Shown one piece after another: positions 10,575-30,200 of a DNA stretch of 35,610 nt (within the stretch, counting starts at the first letter, position 1; each line of letters begins with the position of its first letter). A program made the position numbers and the translations under genes. The notes below the pieces were generated by a model. It worked only from the letters and a program-made list of their open reading frames with translations. It was not told where the DNA came from and did no database searches. Source of the DNA: Emiliania huxleyi CCMP1516 (taxonomy: Eukaryota); the NCBI RefSeq assembly GCF_000372725.1, contig NW_005201327.1, positions 364,745-400,354 of the forward strand, written 5' to 3'.

Positions 10575-12235
10575 TCAATTCCCCCTCTCACGATGGTACC
10601 CGCAGCAGGAACCGCCGTCAAACTCGACCACGGTGGTACCCGCAGCAGGAACCGCCGTGACACCGATACCCCGCGCCGGCGGCGAGATCAGGTCGCCCTC
10701 GCGATAGACCTAGCAGTAATAGGCAACTTAATTCGAAACCTCGGGCCCCACCCGCAACTAGCACGACGTGGCCTTGTCAAAGATCGCGCCGATCACGTGG
10801 AGGCTCGAGATCAGGTTGGGCCCGGCGTTGCCGAAGTAGATCCTCACGCGCTCGCCCTGCTTCGCCATCAGCGGCCTCTCGGTCAATGCACCCTCCCGGC
10901 CGTTGAAGACCACATACGTCGGACTCTCCCGCAGCCCCGCCTCGTAGTCGAGCTCCAGCACACTCGACCCCTCCTCGTCCTCGGCGGAGTACACTTCGTG
11001 CTGCACCACGTAGAATTCTCGGTCCACCGGAGGAAGGCCGCCTGCGCGGAGGCGGCGCGCCGCACGCTTCGGTGAGAGCCTTCGCGAGGCGTTTCGGGCG
11101 TGGCGGTGAGCAGACAGAGGCGGTGTGGCGGTGGGGAGGGCAGCCCGCCCTCTGGCTCCACAAGCACGAGGCCAAACATGCCTGCGGCGAGGGGTGGGTG
11201 CCTGGTAAGAGAAGGGAGATGCCGACTAGTAGGGGTGGCGCCCACCGCCGCAGCGCTGCGGGTGGGGAGGCCGGGGCTTCGGCGGGGCAGGCGGCGCGCG
11301 ATGCCGTTCGCAATGTGGACCGGCACAGGCGCAGCCGCGCAGTGGTACACGAACAGCCCAGGCGAGGTGCACTTGAAAATGCCCGTCTTGGTCTCGTCCT
11401 GCTCCGCATACAGGCACGGGCCCCCGCCGCCTGGGCCCACCACGCTATGCAGGTCGATGTTGTGCGCCATGCCCGACTCAGCCCGATTCGTGTAGTTCAC
11501 CTGGTGGAGGCGGGTCGGGGGTCAGGGCCGCGGCGCGGAGGGGGCGACCGAGAGGAGAAGGGCTACGGCGGAGAGGCGGCCGTAGGTACCTCGAGCACGT
11601 CCCCGACGCGGGCCCGGATCATCGGCCCCGGCACGCCGTCGTTGAAAGTCCAGAACGGGTACTTGCAGGATGGCGACACAGGCATCGTCTTCTCCGTGCT
11701 GTACAAGTCGACGACGAGGCGGGCCGGCGTTCTCCGCTCAATGGGCGGCGGCACGTGGGGCGCCATGGTGAGGGGCGCCTTGATGCGCGGCAGCGCCTCG
11801 ATGGCGGCCACACGGACGGCGTCAACCTTGAGGACGGGGGGAGGCGCGGTGAGGGCGGCCGCCATGCTGGTAGCAGTCGTCAGGGACGGTGGCGAGTGGG
11901 AGAGTCAGGGACGGTGGCGAGTAGGCCTTGGTAAGCTTTGCGTGGTGATCGAGAGCGTTGTCCAGCTCCTCTTCAAAGCGCTTCGCCGCGGCGACCTCCG
12001 GCTCGGCTTGAACAGAGACGTCGACGCGGAAGGTGGACGGGTTCTGGGCGGCGTTGAAGCGGGCCGCACCGCTATTCTCGGCGGCCGAAACCTCCTGCTG
12101 CATGGCGCGACTCTTCGACGCGCGCTCCTGCTGCTTGGCTGCTGAGGGAGCGGAGGGCTCGCAGCGGAGGGTGGAGCCGGCGGACAAGGCCGCAGCGGCA
12201 GTGAGTGAGCGAATCCGCAAAACACTCCGGCGCAT
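10575..12235 (-). pseudogene. nirK: Copper-containing nitrite reductase (NirK), spliced, apparently 3'-truncated
   Basis: Frame-consistent exons 12235-11927, 11826-11590, 11500-11305, 11181-11149, 11041-10773 and 10709 onward; 4 of 5 donors are GC. Motifs: FWTFNDGVPGPMIRARVGD, HNIDLH, YHC...HIANGM(FG), [31 protein letters not shown]. After VVEFD the frame runs into unrelated sequence and stops at 10575. The usual following xPGxYxxVDH segment was not found in the window. The nirK identity is firm; pseudogene status is less so. Confidence 0.85.
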
Positions 12236-12415
12236 TGGCGGGGGGCGACTCGATCCCGGCCCACTGCGTGCCGAGCAGAGACGCGGACAGCTTCCTCACC
12301 TGCTGCAGCTCGGACGCCTCGCACGCACGCGCCAGCAGCCTCTTCCCGTGGGGGGTGTAACAAGGGGGTGTTGGTTGAGCGCCGGTTTCCTGCGGCTTGT
12401 TTAGATTTTTCTTTT

Positions 12416-12478
12416 GCACGCGCCAGTTCGCACCTGTGTCGAGCCTGTGTGCTGTGAGAGAGAGTTGTTTTGTTTAAA
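12416..12478 (+). repeat. 63-bp dispersed direct repeat, copy 2 (about 180 bp upstream of nirK start)
   Basis: Matches 5164-5226 with 2 mismatches. Confidence 0.9.
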
Positions 12479-13407
12479 TTCTTTTGTGCGCTGGAGATGA
12501 CAGACATTAGCGTGAGCCGTGGGGTAGGATCAGGGGTAGGAACGACGACAGACACTAGCAGGGGGGGGGGGGGGGCGCTTCGACGACTGCGGATCGCTCA
12601 TGTCCGTTGGTTGGTTGGTGCAGGCAGGCAGCCTCCCGCGGTCGGTCCCAGCCCGGGCCGCTCAAGGCAAGCTCCCGGGATGGCGAGCCGATGCCCGACG
12701 CTCCGCACGCCGACCTGCGGCGAGCGCGCCGCACGTGTGAGTCTCGTCTTGCGAGGCGGGATGGATTCGCCTATCGCCCTGCTGCAGCATCCGTTCCCAT
12801 CTCTGGCTGCCGTTCGCCGAGCGCCTCCTCAAAGCATGCGAGAATCTCGTCGCTCTGAAGGTCAGTCTCTAGCACGTCGTCAGCAGCGCGGATGCTCGCC
12901 AGCAAGCACGGCCCGCCGTCGGTCGCGGTCTCGTCTTAGTTCTGGCAGAGTGCCCGTCGAGACCGTGTCCTGATGTGCTCTGCACGGGTGAGTCACGTCG
13001 GCGTCAAAGGAGCGACGTGTGACCTGTCAGAGCTTGATCTCCGAACTCCGATCTCAGCGACGTCGAGTCGCCTTCGGTGGCGACAGCTAGGATGCATCTC
13101 CTCCGTCGTTTTTCGCGCATGGCCCTGAGAAGGTGTACCCTCACCTCTGTTTATTCCGGCACTCTCTGGGGTGTTTCGCGCACCAGCAGACTCCACGCTG
13201 TATTGTCTCCATTCAGCAGGACACTTCTCACGCGAGTTGTAGGTATTTTGTTGCCAAAATGAAGCGAGCCACCTTCTGTGGATATGTCGTCGGATAAAAG
13301 TACTCTTTGTTATAAAATGAACTCGGGGGCACAGGACGCGGTACAAACGCGGTACACCAAAAAAGTCTTCCTTTTTTGAGCAGGTGTGACGCCGCGCGAG
13401 CGACGCT

Positions 13408-13493
13408 CCGAGATCGCCCGAGATAGCGCGGCGCGGCCCCGAGATCGCCCGAGATTGCGCGAGATCGCCCGAGATCGCGCGGCGCGGCCCGAG
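13408..13493 (+). repeat. CGAGATCGCC/CGAGATCGCG 10-mer tandem repeat
   Basis: Directly visible; same core as the intronic array at 19507-19698. Confidence 0.85.
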
Positions 13494-13970
13494 GCGAGGT
13501 GGATGGGCTGGGAGCGAGGGGGCGGAAGTGCTCAGTGCGGTAGATGGTCAGCTCGAGGCGCGTGAGCCGGACTTGTGAGCCGGACCACCCCCTCTTGTTC
13601 CCTGCGTTGTTGAGCCAGGACTCAACTTCCCCCCCCCCCCCCCCCCCTCACCGCCCGCTCCAGCTGATGTGGCGCACACCCTCTCCACTGTCTCTCACAG
13701 GTGATAGGAAGGCACGGCTCTCAATGAGAACGATGGGCTTGCCCATCCCGGAGTGGTTCGATCCCACATGAATCCGAGACGGTGACGGGTGTTGTCTCGG
13801 TGATCTCAGGCCCAGTGAGGTAGTGCATCAGACTATCCCGGATCCTGCTGACCAAGCTCCTCTTGTAGCTCGATCGGTCACACCGCCATCGCCGTCGGGG
13901 AGAGGGGGGACGACACTGCTGCGGCAGCGTGCACCTCGATCCTGTACCGTGTTTGTTATGACCCCCCCCA

Positions 13971-14976
13971 ATGAACATACCAGTGAGGGAGGGCGAGACG
14001 ATCGAGGGGTCCCGTACCACGCGGAATCGGCCCTATCCAGTGCTCAAGTGCTCAAGGACTCAACATACTCGGGCTGTCGCCGTCCCAAACTGTCACTCCC
14101 CTCTCTCCCGGCCGGGGTGGGGCGCGCGCGGGGGCGGCGGGTGTGCGGGATGTCTGTGGGGCCGAGAGTGATATGCCATGTCCCGCCTTGCTTTGTTTCC
14201 TAACATCGAAGGCTAAGCTCAAAAAGTACTCTTTTGCTGCCTTCATCGCCCGAAACGCGCGCGACGGACGGACAGCCCGCCAATATGGCGCTCGAGACAA
14301 CGTTGAGGCACCGGCATTCACCATGGAGGCGTGCGTGAGCAGGATGTCGGCGACGCCCTCCTGCAGTACAACTCCGCTGCGATGCCCCCACCCGAATGTG
14401 TTAAATCCAAGCTCGATCACCTCGACCCCATATGCATTCATTCACTAGGTCGCGGTGCTGCACAGCGCGAGGCGGCAGGCGGGGCTGAGACGGAGCCTGT
14501 ACCGCGCCTCGGCGAATGTGAGAAAGTGAGAACCGTCGTAGCCAGTTGGCGGCACTGATAGCAGCTAACCGGAGAGGCAGGCTGCGACACCAGCGGGCCG
14601 CCTGCTGCTCACCCTTCACAGCGTGCCCTCTACACACGACTACTCTGAAACGCCGGATCGCCCTTGCAGCGTTGTTGCCACCCGCACCCAACGCCGCGCC
14701 CTCGCCGCCACGCAGCTTTATGGACTGGAAGAGGAAGCAGCAGTACATGTATCACGGCGGCCTGCGGAAGCTGACCGATATTGTCGAGATGGACTCGGAG
14801 GAGGCACGCACCCGGACAAGTAGAGACACGCACGCCCGGGGCGGGAGCCCTCCCCTTGCACAGCCAGACAGACCTTGCGGCGAGTGGAGTGTTTGACTGG
14901 CCCTCTGCCCCCCCTGCCCCCCACCCAGGACATTGCGGAGGACTCGGGTCGGAGGTCAATAAGCCAGACAGTATGA
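13971..14976 (+). CDS. Possible multi-exon hypothetical gene or relic
   Basis: Exon-like blocks bounded by AG and GC: AKLKKYSFAAFIARNARDGRTARQYGARDNVE (about 14212-14307), FMDWKRKQQYMYHGGLRKLTDIVEMDSEE (about 14715-14803), DIAEDSGRRSISQTV* (about 14929-14976). No complete model and no recognised domain. Confidence 0.3.
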
Positions 14977-15254
14977 GGCGCGGTCGCGATGGTGCGTGGT
15001 GTATGGCGTGCTTTACGTCTCCTGGGATCCGTGTAAGGGTGTCCCTTCCCGTTGACTTGCAAGACACATCGCTCTCGGGCCCCCACAGACCATCCCGCAC
15101 ACCCGCCGCCCCCCAGCGCGCGCCGCACCGCTTGGAGCGCCGCATCCCCGGCGGCGGCTATTTGCGAGTTTCTCAAAACCGACAGAACGCGAGTAGCGAG
15201 CGTCGCTCACTCCGGCGATCCGCCGCCCGTACCGCACCAGAGGACGAGCACTCC

Positions 15255-22730
<7,476 letters not shown>

Positions 22731-25559
22731 GCGCGCGGCGGGCGGGAGGGGAGCGTTGGGGGGGGGATGCGGAGCCGGCCGATCGGAGTGGTCGTTCTCT
22801 CTGACGACATTCGGCGCGCCCGCCTGGCCCCTGCTCCCCTCCTGCGCCCGTCCATCCCCCGGCGGCTCCGGCCGACACCGCGCCGAGGCCGTGGCGCCGC
22901 TGTCGCCACCGGGCCGGGGGACCGGGCCCCTCGCATGACGCTTCTCTTACCGTCCTGGCACGCCACTACACCGGGACCGGGGTTTACGGCGACCTCTCGT
23001 CCCTCTCCATCTCTTTTCTCACCCGTCCGCTCTCTGCAGAGATCAGCGGTGTGTGTGGCGATCCCATCGCCCTCGCAAAGAGAAGATAATACAGACGTGC
23101 TGTTTTTTTCTCGTGCAGTTAGGGTCACACGCCTCTGCTCTATACCTAATAAACAAGGGCGCAGGGCGGGGCACACCCGGAAAGTGAGAAACGCCGGGCA
23201 GCGTGGTGCACAACGAAACCTCCCATACGCGTTTGTCTCCTCCTTTCTTCGGGCTGTTCCATCTCCTCGTCTCTTTCCCACCTAGGCGGGGCGGGGGTCG
23301 GGGGGGCGGCGGGCGCGGGGTGCGAGGTGCGGCGTGCGGTGCGTGCAATCGTGTGTTTGGCGTCATGTTGTGTGTGCCGTCGCTTGTTATTAACATCGAA
23401 GTCTAGCTCATAAATAAATAAACAAAGAACTAGACAAATACCAAATTCCAAATCGCAAGCATACGTTAGAAACCCAAATCAGGCGGCGACGTGGCATACG
23501 AGCTCGTAATAAAAAAAGTACTGTGAGATGGGTAAAAATAAATAAAACGGTCAAACTCTGAGACGAGATGGGATTTAGGGACATGTACATGTGTCCCCGC
23601 CCGCTCCCACCCGCTCCCCCCGCTACGCGGCAGGGCCCCTGGCCCTGCCGGCCCCTGTGCCGCCCCGCACGTCTTTGGTAATAACATGAAACAAAAACGG
23701 ACACCTCTCTACTGTGAGATGGGTAAAAAGGAGCAGGTCCCCGCCCGTGCGATCTTTGTGCAGGGTTCTTTGTGGGTGTGGTCGGCGACTACCCGGGGTC
23801 GTCCTCCCGATGGGGGACTAGCACTAGCCGTCTTCCACATGGTCCCTCGGGTCCCTGCTGCTCCTAATCTCTTCGTACATCCTCCTGCTGATCTCCGCAA
23901 CATCCTGCTCCCTCCCTCGTCTCGCCCTGCGCGTCTGCTCCGCCTCACCGTCTTCTGCCCTGCGTCGTCTGGCGACGGGGGTCCTCCATAGTCGGTCGAG
24001 GTCGCCGCCCTCCTCGTGCCTCTTCCCAACGTTCCCTCGGCGGCCGATGCCGTCTGCTCCGGCTCCCCAGTCCCCGGGTCTGCCCTGCTCTCGTCTGCGC
24101 TAGTTTCTGCTTCGTCACCACCGGCGTCTCTCCGCTTCCTTCTCCCCTTCTTGTATGCTTTGCACATCGCGTCGATTCCTTTTCGTGTGAGCACCAGCCT
24201 GAAGCCCGCCCAGCAGCTGAACCGCTCCCTAAGTCGAAGGAGCATCATCAGTCTCACCCACTTCGCTCGCTGTACCCACCGTCTCCGCTCCCTCCCGCTT
24301 GAGCCGCCGTCGCGGCCCTCGTTCGTCCCACTGGCAGCTGGCCTGTCTCTGCACGCGCATCCTTCCTGTGCTGCTCGCTCGCCAACTAACTCTCTAATCG
24401 GTTACTGGACCGTCACGTCTTCGACCCGTCGAACAACGTTCGACCATGGCACTGTTCACAGCGCGCGCGGACGGCGGCTCTGCGCGTTCCGCTCAGCAGG
24501 ACTTTTGTAAAGCGTGCTTGTGTCAGGTTACAGACGCTAGTATCGACCTCAGATACCCAAACCCGAATAATTAAGGGTCAAACCATGGTCGAACATCCGT
24601 CGAACACAGGTCGAACAACGAAAAGAGACTAGTGCGACCGCTAGACGACGGTCTCCGCCGGCCCCGAGGCTGCCCAGCCCCAGTACCACACCGGCCACAT
24701 GCACCGTGGCGCTGCAGTCGGTCAGTGAGGCACTAGACGGGCTACGGAACCATGCGCGCGCCGGGCTCGTGCGCCGCCTCGATTTTGCATCTCTCCGCTC
24801 CGCGGCCGACTGAGGGGCCAGCTCGCCCGGCGACAAGCCCAGCCATCGCCCAGCGCCCCGTACCGACGGGGGCCACGCAAAAAAACCGCACCTACGACTA
24901 GGCTGAGCACGTGAGGGGGGGCGTCGGTGTCGGCCGCGGGTGGGCTGCGAGGTCCGAGGAGGGCGCGGGTGGGAGCATGGGAGATGCACCACCGCTCGAC
25001 GAAGACGCGCCCGACGAAGCCCCGCTGGCGTAGGATGGTCGATCCTCACCTAATAGCGTCGAGCATGTGCGAAAAAGAGCGCAAATCGGAGCTCAACTCG
25101 CGCGCGGCGGGAAAGAGGTGTGGCGAGGAGCTGCTGCACTGCCCCCAAACGCGCTCGGGCAGCACGTCGGCGCGCCTGCGGGGTGAGTGGAGGTGAAACT
25201 AGGCTTGCTGGCACGCACATCCCGCACCACCCCCGCGCCCGCGCGCACCATGCCGCCGTCCCACCTCACAGCCAAGCGCGATCGCCGACGCACGCAGCGA
25301 CGCCGAGCGGTGGCCTCGCAGACGACGAGCGCGATGAGGCCGCCGCGCCGCCGAGGTGGCCGGCGCGTGCCAGCCGCTGGCCCGTCCAGCGTGGCGGGAC
25401 CGGCTCGCCTATCCGCTTTTTTGGCAGCCTCGCGATAATCACATTTTGAGACCCTGGGAAGCTCCTCTTTTGAGGGAGTCCGTCGCTGAGGCGCCGTCGC
25501 TCGGCGGGCCGCCGGTATCTTTTCGAATGCGATCTCGGGCGGGAGCCCTGGAGAGCCCG

Positions 25560-25659
25560 NNNNNNNNNNNNNNNNNNNNNNNNNNNNNNNNNNNNNNNNN
25601 NNNNNNNNNNNNNNNNNNNNNNNNNNNNNNNNNNNNNNNNNNNNNNNNNNNNNNNNNNN
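25560..25659. other. Assembly gap (100 N)
   Basis: N run; 25660-26160 is a degraded-looking version of about 34300-34850. Confidence 1.
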
Positions 25660-26177
25660 GAAAAATTTTTTTTGGCCACCTAGTTTTCCAAAATCTCGCC
25701 GGGCCTGGGGCCTCTCCTTTTTGGGGGGGGAAATCAGGGGGGGGGCTTTTTAAAAAAAAAAGTTCCCCCCGGTTTCCCGATTCAATTCCGGGGGGGAACC
25801 ACTTGTAGGGCCCCCTTAAAGACGCTCCTTTTATTTTCCGCGTCATCCCCCCGGTGTGGGGCTCATCAACTATGGGTTTTTTTTGAAGATGATTCTATTC
25901 TACGGGTCATCGTCCGCATCTGGGGCTCATCAACTATGGGTTTCTTTTTCACAAGATGCAAACCAACCGCGGTAGGTTTGCTCAGTCAGTCAGAGCCGCC
26001 GTACCCTGGCTGGAAGCCCGGCGAAGCCCAGCTATGGGGAAACCAAGAAGAAAGGGGAAGGGGCACCGCGTCGCACCTCTTCGATGCCCCCAAAAGGAAA
26101 AAAACATACATCAAAGAGAAACAGAATGCACCGCGAATTCTTCTTACCGGACGGAGCCGAGCTCGCCGGCTGCCAAA

Positions 26178-26914
26178 ATGCTGCCTGGTCGGCCGCCGCT
26201 GAAGCGGGTGCGCCTTTACCCCGACCCACGTGCCCCGGCCGCGGCCGGTCCCTCGGCGCACAGCGCCGCGGGCCGCTCGGGCCGCGCCGAGGACAGCGCC
26301 GAAGCCCGCCGACGCCGCTCGCCTGCGCAGCGCCGCCGCTGCCCTGCGGCACTGCCGCCCATCGCCCGGCCCTCACCGTGCCACCGCCCACTCGACCGAC
26401 GCCGCCCGCGCCTCTTCCCATAGGCGGGGTGAGCGGCCGGCGGCTGCACTCGACGGCGCGGCGTCGTGTCGGGCGCTGCGGAGAGCGCGTGGCTGCTCCT
26501 CGATCCCGACGAGGACAACGGATCGCCGCTGCGCGGCTGGACCGCGTCTTGCGACGCCGCATGCCGCCGGCTCAAGCCCGTCGATCTACGTGCGGTGCGG
26601 CTGCAGTCCGAAGGCGGCGGCGGCGGCGGCGGCGGCGGCTCTGACGGCGCTCGGCGGCACCGTTGCCGACTACGCGGAGATGCTCGATGCGCTCGACGAC
26701 GCGCTCGACGTCTCCTCGCCGCTGCGCGCCGACTCGCCGGTCTCGATGCAGGTGTGCGCGCCTCTCCGACCGCGTAGCAGCAGCCCCCTCCGTTGCGTGG
26801 CCAGGAGGCGCGGCGGCATCCCCGCCCGACGGTCTTGTCCACCCCGCCGTGCGGCGGCGTTGCGTGCAGGCTCTCGTCGCCGCAGCGGCCGACCGTTCGC
26901 AGCTTCTCCTCAAG
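26178..26914 (+). CDS. 5' exons of a hypothetical gene ('gene X'), copy A
   Basis: ATG at 26178 (MLPGRPPLKRVRLYPD). Exon-like ALTALGGTVADYAEMLDALDDALDVSSPLRADSPVSMQ ends at a CAG|GT at 26751; GT-AG intron to 26869; exon 26870-26914 reads ALVAAAADRSQLLLK. Internal splicing upstream is unresolved. Confidence 0.35.
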
Positions 26915-27259
26915 GCTGAGGCCCTCGAGGCCTAGATGCGGAGTATCTCCCCATATCTCCCCGTCTCTCCCCCATATCTCGAGGCCTAGAAGCGGACTCT
27001 CTCCCCACATCTCCCCACATCTCCCCGTCTCTCCCCCATATCTCGAGGCCTAGAAGCGGACTCTCTCCCCACATCTCCCCACATCTCCCCCCTCCCTCGG
27101 GCCCTAGAAGCGGGAATACGGGTTGATCTCCCCAGATCTCCCCAGATCTCCCCAGCTCTCCCCAGCTCTCCCCAGCTCTCCCCAGCTCTCCCAAACTCTC
27201 CCCAAACTCTCCCCAAACTCTCCCAAACTCTGCCCACCTCTGCCCGACTCTCGCGCAAG

Positions 27260-30200
27260 GCGCTCGACGACCTCGACGCAATCAAAGAGAAGGTAGCCGA
27301 CCGCACCGGCTGGCGCGAGCGGCGCGCCGCGCTGCTGCTCGCCGTCGGCCGGCACGGCGAGGCGGGCGAGGAGTACCTCGCGCTGCTGAAGCGCAACCCG
27401 GAGCACTTCGGGTGGCACGCGGGGCTGCAGGCGGCAGCCCACCCACTAGTCCACCCACTAGGTAGTGCTCTCCTCCCCGGCGGCTCCGCTGGCAGGAGGA
27501 GGAGGGGTCCTCCTCGCCCTTGCGCCTGAGCCTGGTCGCGAGCAGCTTGGCGCAGTCTTTCTTCTCGCTCTCTCTCTCGCTTGACCCCCTCCTTATCACG
27601 CCCCTTCCCACCACTCGCTCAATATCGTCTACGATGTCCCATCGCCTCCTCTCCTATCGTCGACTTCCTCACCGCATTTCGAATCCCCACCAGGCCGCCA
27701 CGCTGCAGAGCGGCGACCCCGACCGAGCGGTCGTTGCCAGATGACAGGAGATGCGATGCCGTCCTCAGGCGGCCGAGCTGCAGACGGCGACCCCGACCGA
27801 GCGGTGGCTGAGCGCGGAGGTGACGGCGGAGGCGGAGGCGACGCTGGCCGCGCTGTACAGCAAGCTGCAAAAGGCCTACCCGAAGAGCCAGGCGTGCATG
27901 CGGCTGCCGCCAGTGTGTGTCCACCTCCAGAGAGGCTTGACTCCGAGTGTGAAGAGGGTAGGCGTGCATGCGGCTGCCGCTCGACTTCACGCGCTCGCCG
28001 CCCGCCTTCGCCGCCGCCCTGGACGCGTACGCGCGCAGCTACGTGCGCAAGGGCGTGCCGTCGCTCTTCGCCGACCTGAAGCCGCTCTGCGCCGAGGGCG
28101 CGTGGTCGCGTGTGCTCTTCGGCGAGCTCGTGGCGGGGTGGGTGGGCGCGCTGGAGGCGACGGGCGCCTTCCCGGACACTTGCGAGAAGGAGCCCCCGTC
28201 GACGCTGATGTGGGCGCGCGTGCTGCTGGCGCAGTACTACGACAGCTGCGGCGACACTGCGGCGGCGCTGTCGCAGCTGGACATGGCGATCGGCCACACG
28301 CCAACCTGCCTCGACCTCTACCTCTTCAAGGCAAGATGCGCCCGAGATCGTGCTCGAGATCGCGCCGAGATCGCGCCGAGATCGAGCCGAGACCGCGCCG
28401 AGACCGAGCCGAGATCGCGCCGAGATCGCGCCGAGATCGAGCCGAGATCGAGCCGAGATCGAGCCGAGATCGAGCCGAGATCGAGCCGAGAGCAGACTTG
28501 CCTCGACCTCCTCCCTGCCCGCTCCCAGGCGCGCGTGTACAAGCACGCGGGCCACGCCTCCGCCGCTGCTCGTTGGATGGAGGAGGCGCGCAAGATGGAC
28601 CTCGCCGACCGGTACCTCAACACCAAGGCGACTGAATTAAAGCTAATTAAATTCTTTAAGTAATGAATGAATGAATGACCTCGCCGACCGGTACCTCAAC
28701 GCCAAAGGCGACTTAACTAAAGTCAATTAAAAGTAAGTAGTTCATTAATGAATGGCCTCGCCGACCGGTACCTCAACGCCAAAGGCGACGCGCTACCTGC
28801 TGCGCGCGGACTGCGTCCCCGAGGCGGAGGCGAGGACCGCCCTTCCCGACGCAGGGTCTCGCTTCACACCGCGCCGCGGCAGGCCGTCCTCCTTGTCCAC
28901 AGGCGACGATCGCCCTCTTCACCAAGGACGGCGGCTCGACCCTCCACGAGATGCAGTGCGTCAATAATTCAGTAATTAAGTAAGTAGTTAATTAATTAAT
29001 GGCCCTCCACGAGATGCAGTGCGTCTGGTTTGAGCTCGAGGCTGGCGGCGTCGTCCCGTGCCTTGAGGGACTCCTCTTGTCTTAGGTGCGTCTGGTTTGA
29101 GCTCGAGCTGGCGGCGTCCTACCTGCGCACGGGCGACTACGGCCGCGCGCTCAAGAATTTCGCGCACGTGGAGCAGCACTTTGCAGACATTGGCGAGGAC
29201 CAGTTCGACTTCCACACCTACTGCGTGCGCAAGATGACCCTCCGCGAGTCCGTCGAGAGCGCCCCCTCGCCAGCTGGCCGCTGTGAGGAGCGCCTCTTCA
29301 CACCTGCAGCTGTGAACAGGTGCGGGGCCGGGTCCTCCGCGACAGCTGTGAACAGCGTCTCCTCACACCTGCAGCTGTGAACAGGTACGTCAAGATGGTC
29401 CGCTTCGAGGACACGCTGCACGGCCACGCCTTCTACGTGACCGCCGCGTGCGGCATCATCGACACCTACCTCCGCACCCGCGACCGTTGGGCAGCTGTTC
29501 ACACGCGCAGCTGTGAACAGGCATCGTCGACACCTACCTCCGCACCCGCGACTGTTGGGCAGCTGTTCACACGCGCAGCTGTGAACAGGCATCGTCGACA
29601 CCTACCTCCGCATCGTGGCCAAGCCGGCGCGCGACGCGGCGGCCGCCGCCGCGGAGGAAGCCGGCGGCGGGCTGAGCGTGCAGGAGCGTGCAGAAGAGCT
29701 CGGGCCAGCTCGGGCCATCTCGGGCAATCTCGGGCCATCTCGGGCCATCTCGGGCCATCTCGGGCCATCTCGGGTGATCTCAGCGTGCAGAGCGGAAGAA
29801 GGCCGGGGTGACTGACAAGTAGCAGTCCGTCAGTGGCTCGCTTCTCCACTCGTGCAGGAGCGGAAGAAGGCCGAGTCCAAGCGGCGCAAGGCGGAGGCAA
29901 AGGCGAAGGCGGAGGCGGAGGCGCAGGCGAAGCGCGACGCGGACGCCAAGGGCAAGGACGGCAAGGGCGGCAAGAAGGGGGGCGGCAAGGAGAAGCCGCC
30001 CGACGACGACCCCTACGGCGAGGCGCTCGCGTCGGTCGAGGCGCCGCTGGCCAAGGCGCGGGCTGGGGGCGCGGTCCCGCTGCTGCCCCACGCGCCGGCA
30101 GTGGACCCGTGGATGCATGCATGGACTAGGCGGCGGGCTACATGCGGACGCTGCTGCTCCACGCGCCGGCGGAGCNNNNNNNNNNNNNNNNNNNNNNNNN

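Noticed and set aside
10575..12235. Bacterial contaminant nirK
   Set aside because: Five frame-consistent spliceosomal introns of the same GC-AG style as the host gene.
23709..24510. ORFs of 164-182 aa downstream of NAA15
   Set aside because: No recognisable domain, and the duplicate at about 32300-33000 has many frame-breaking indels.
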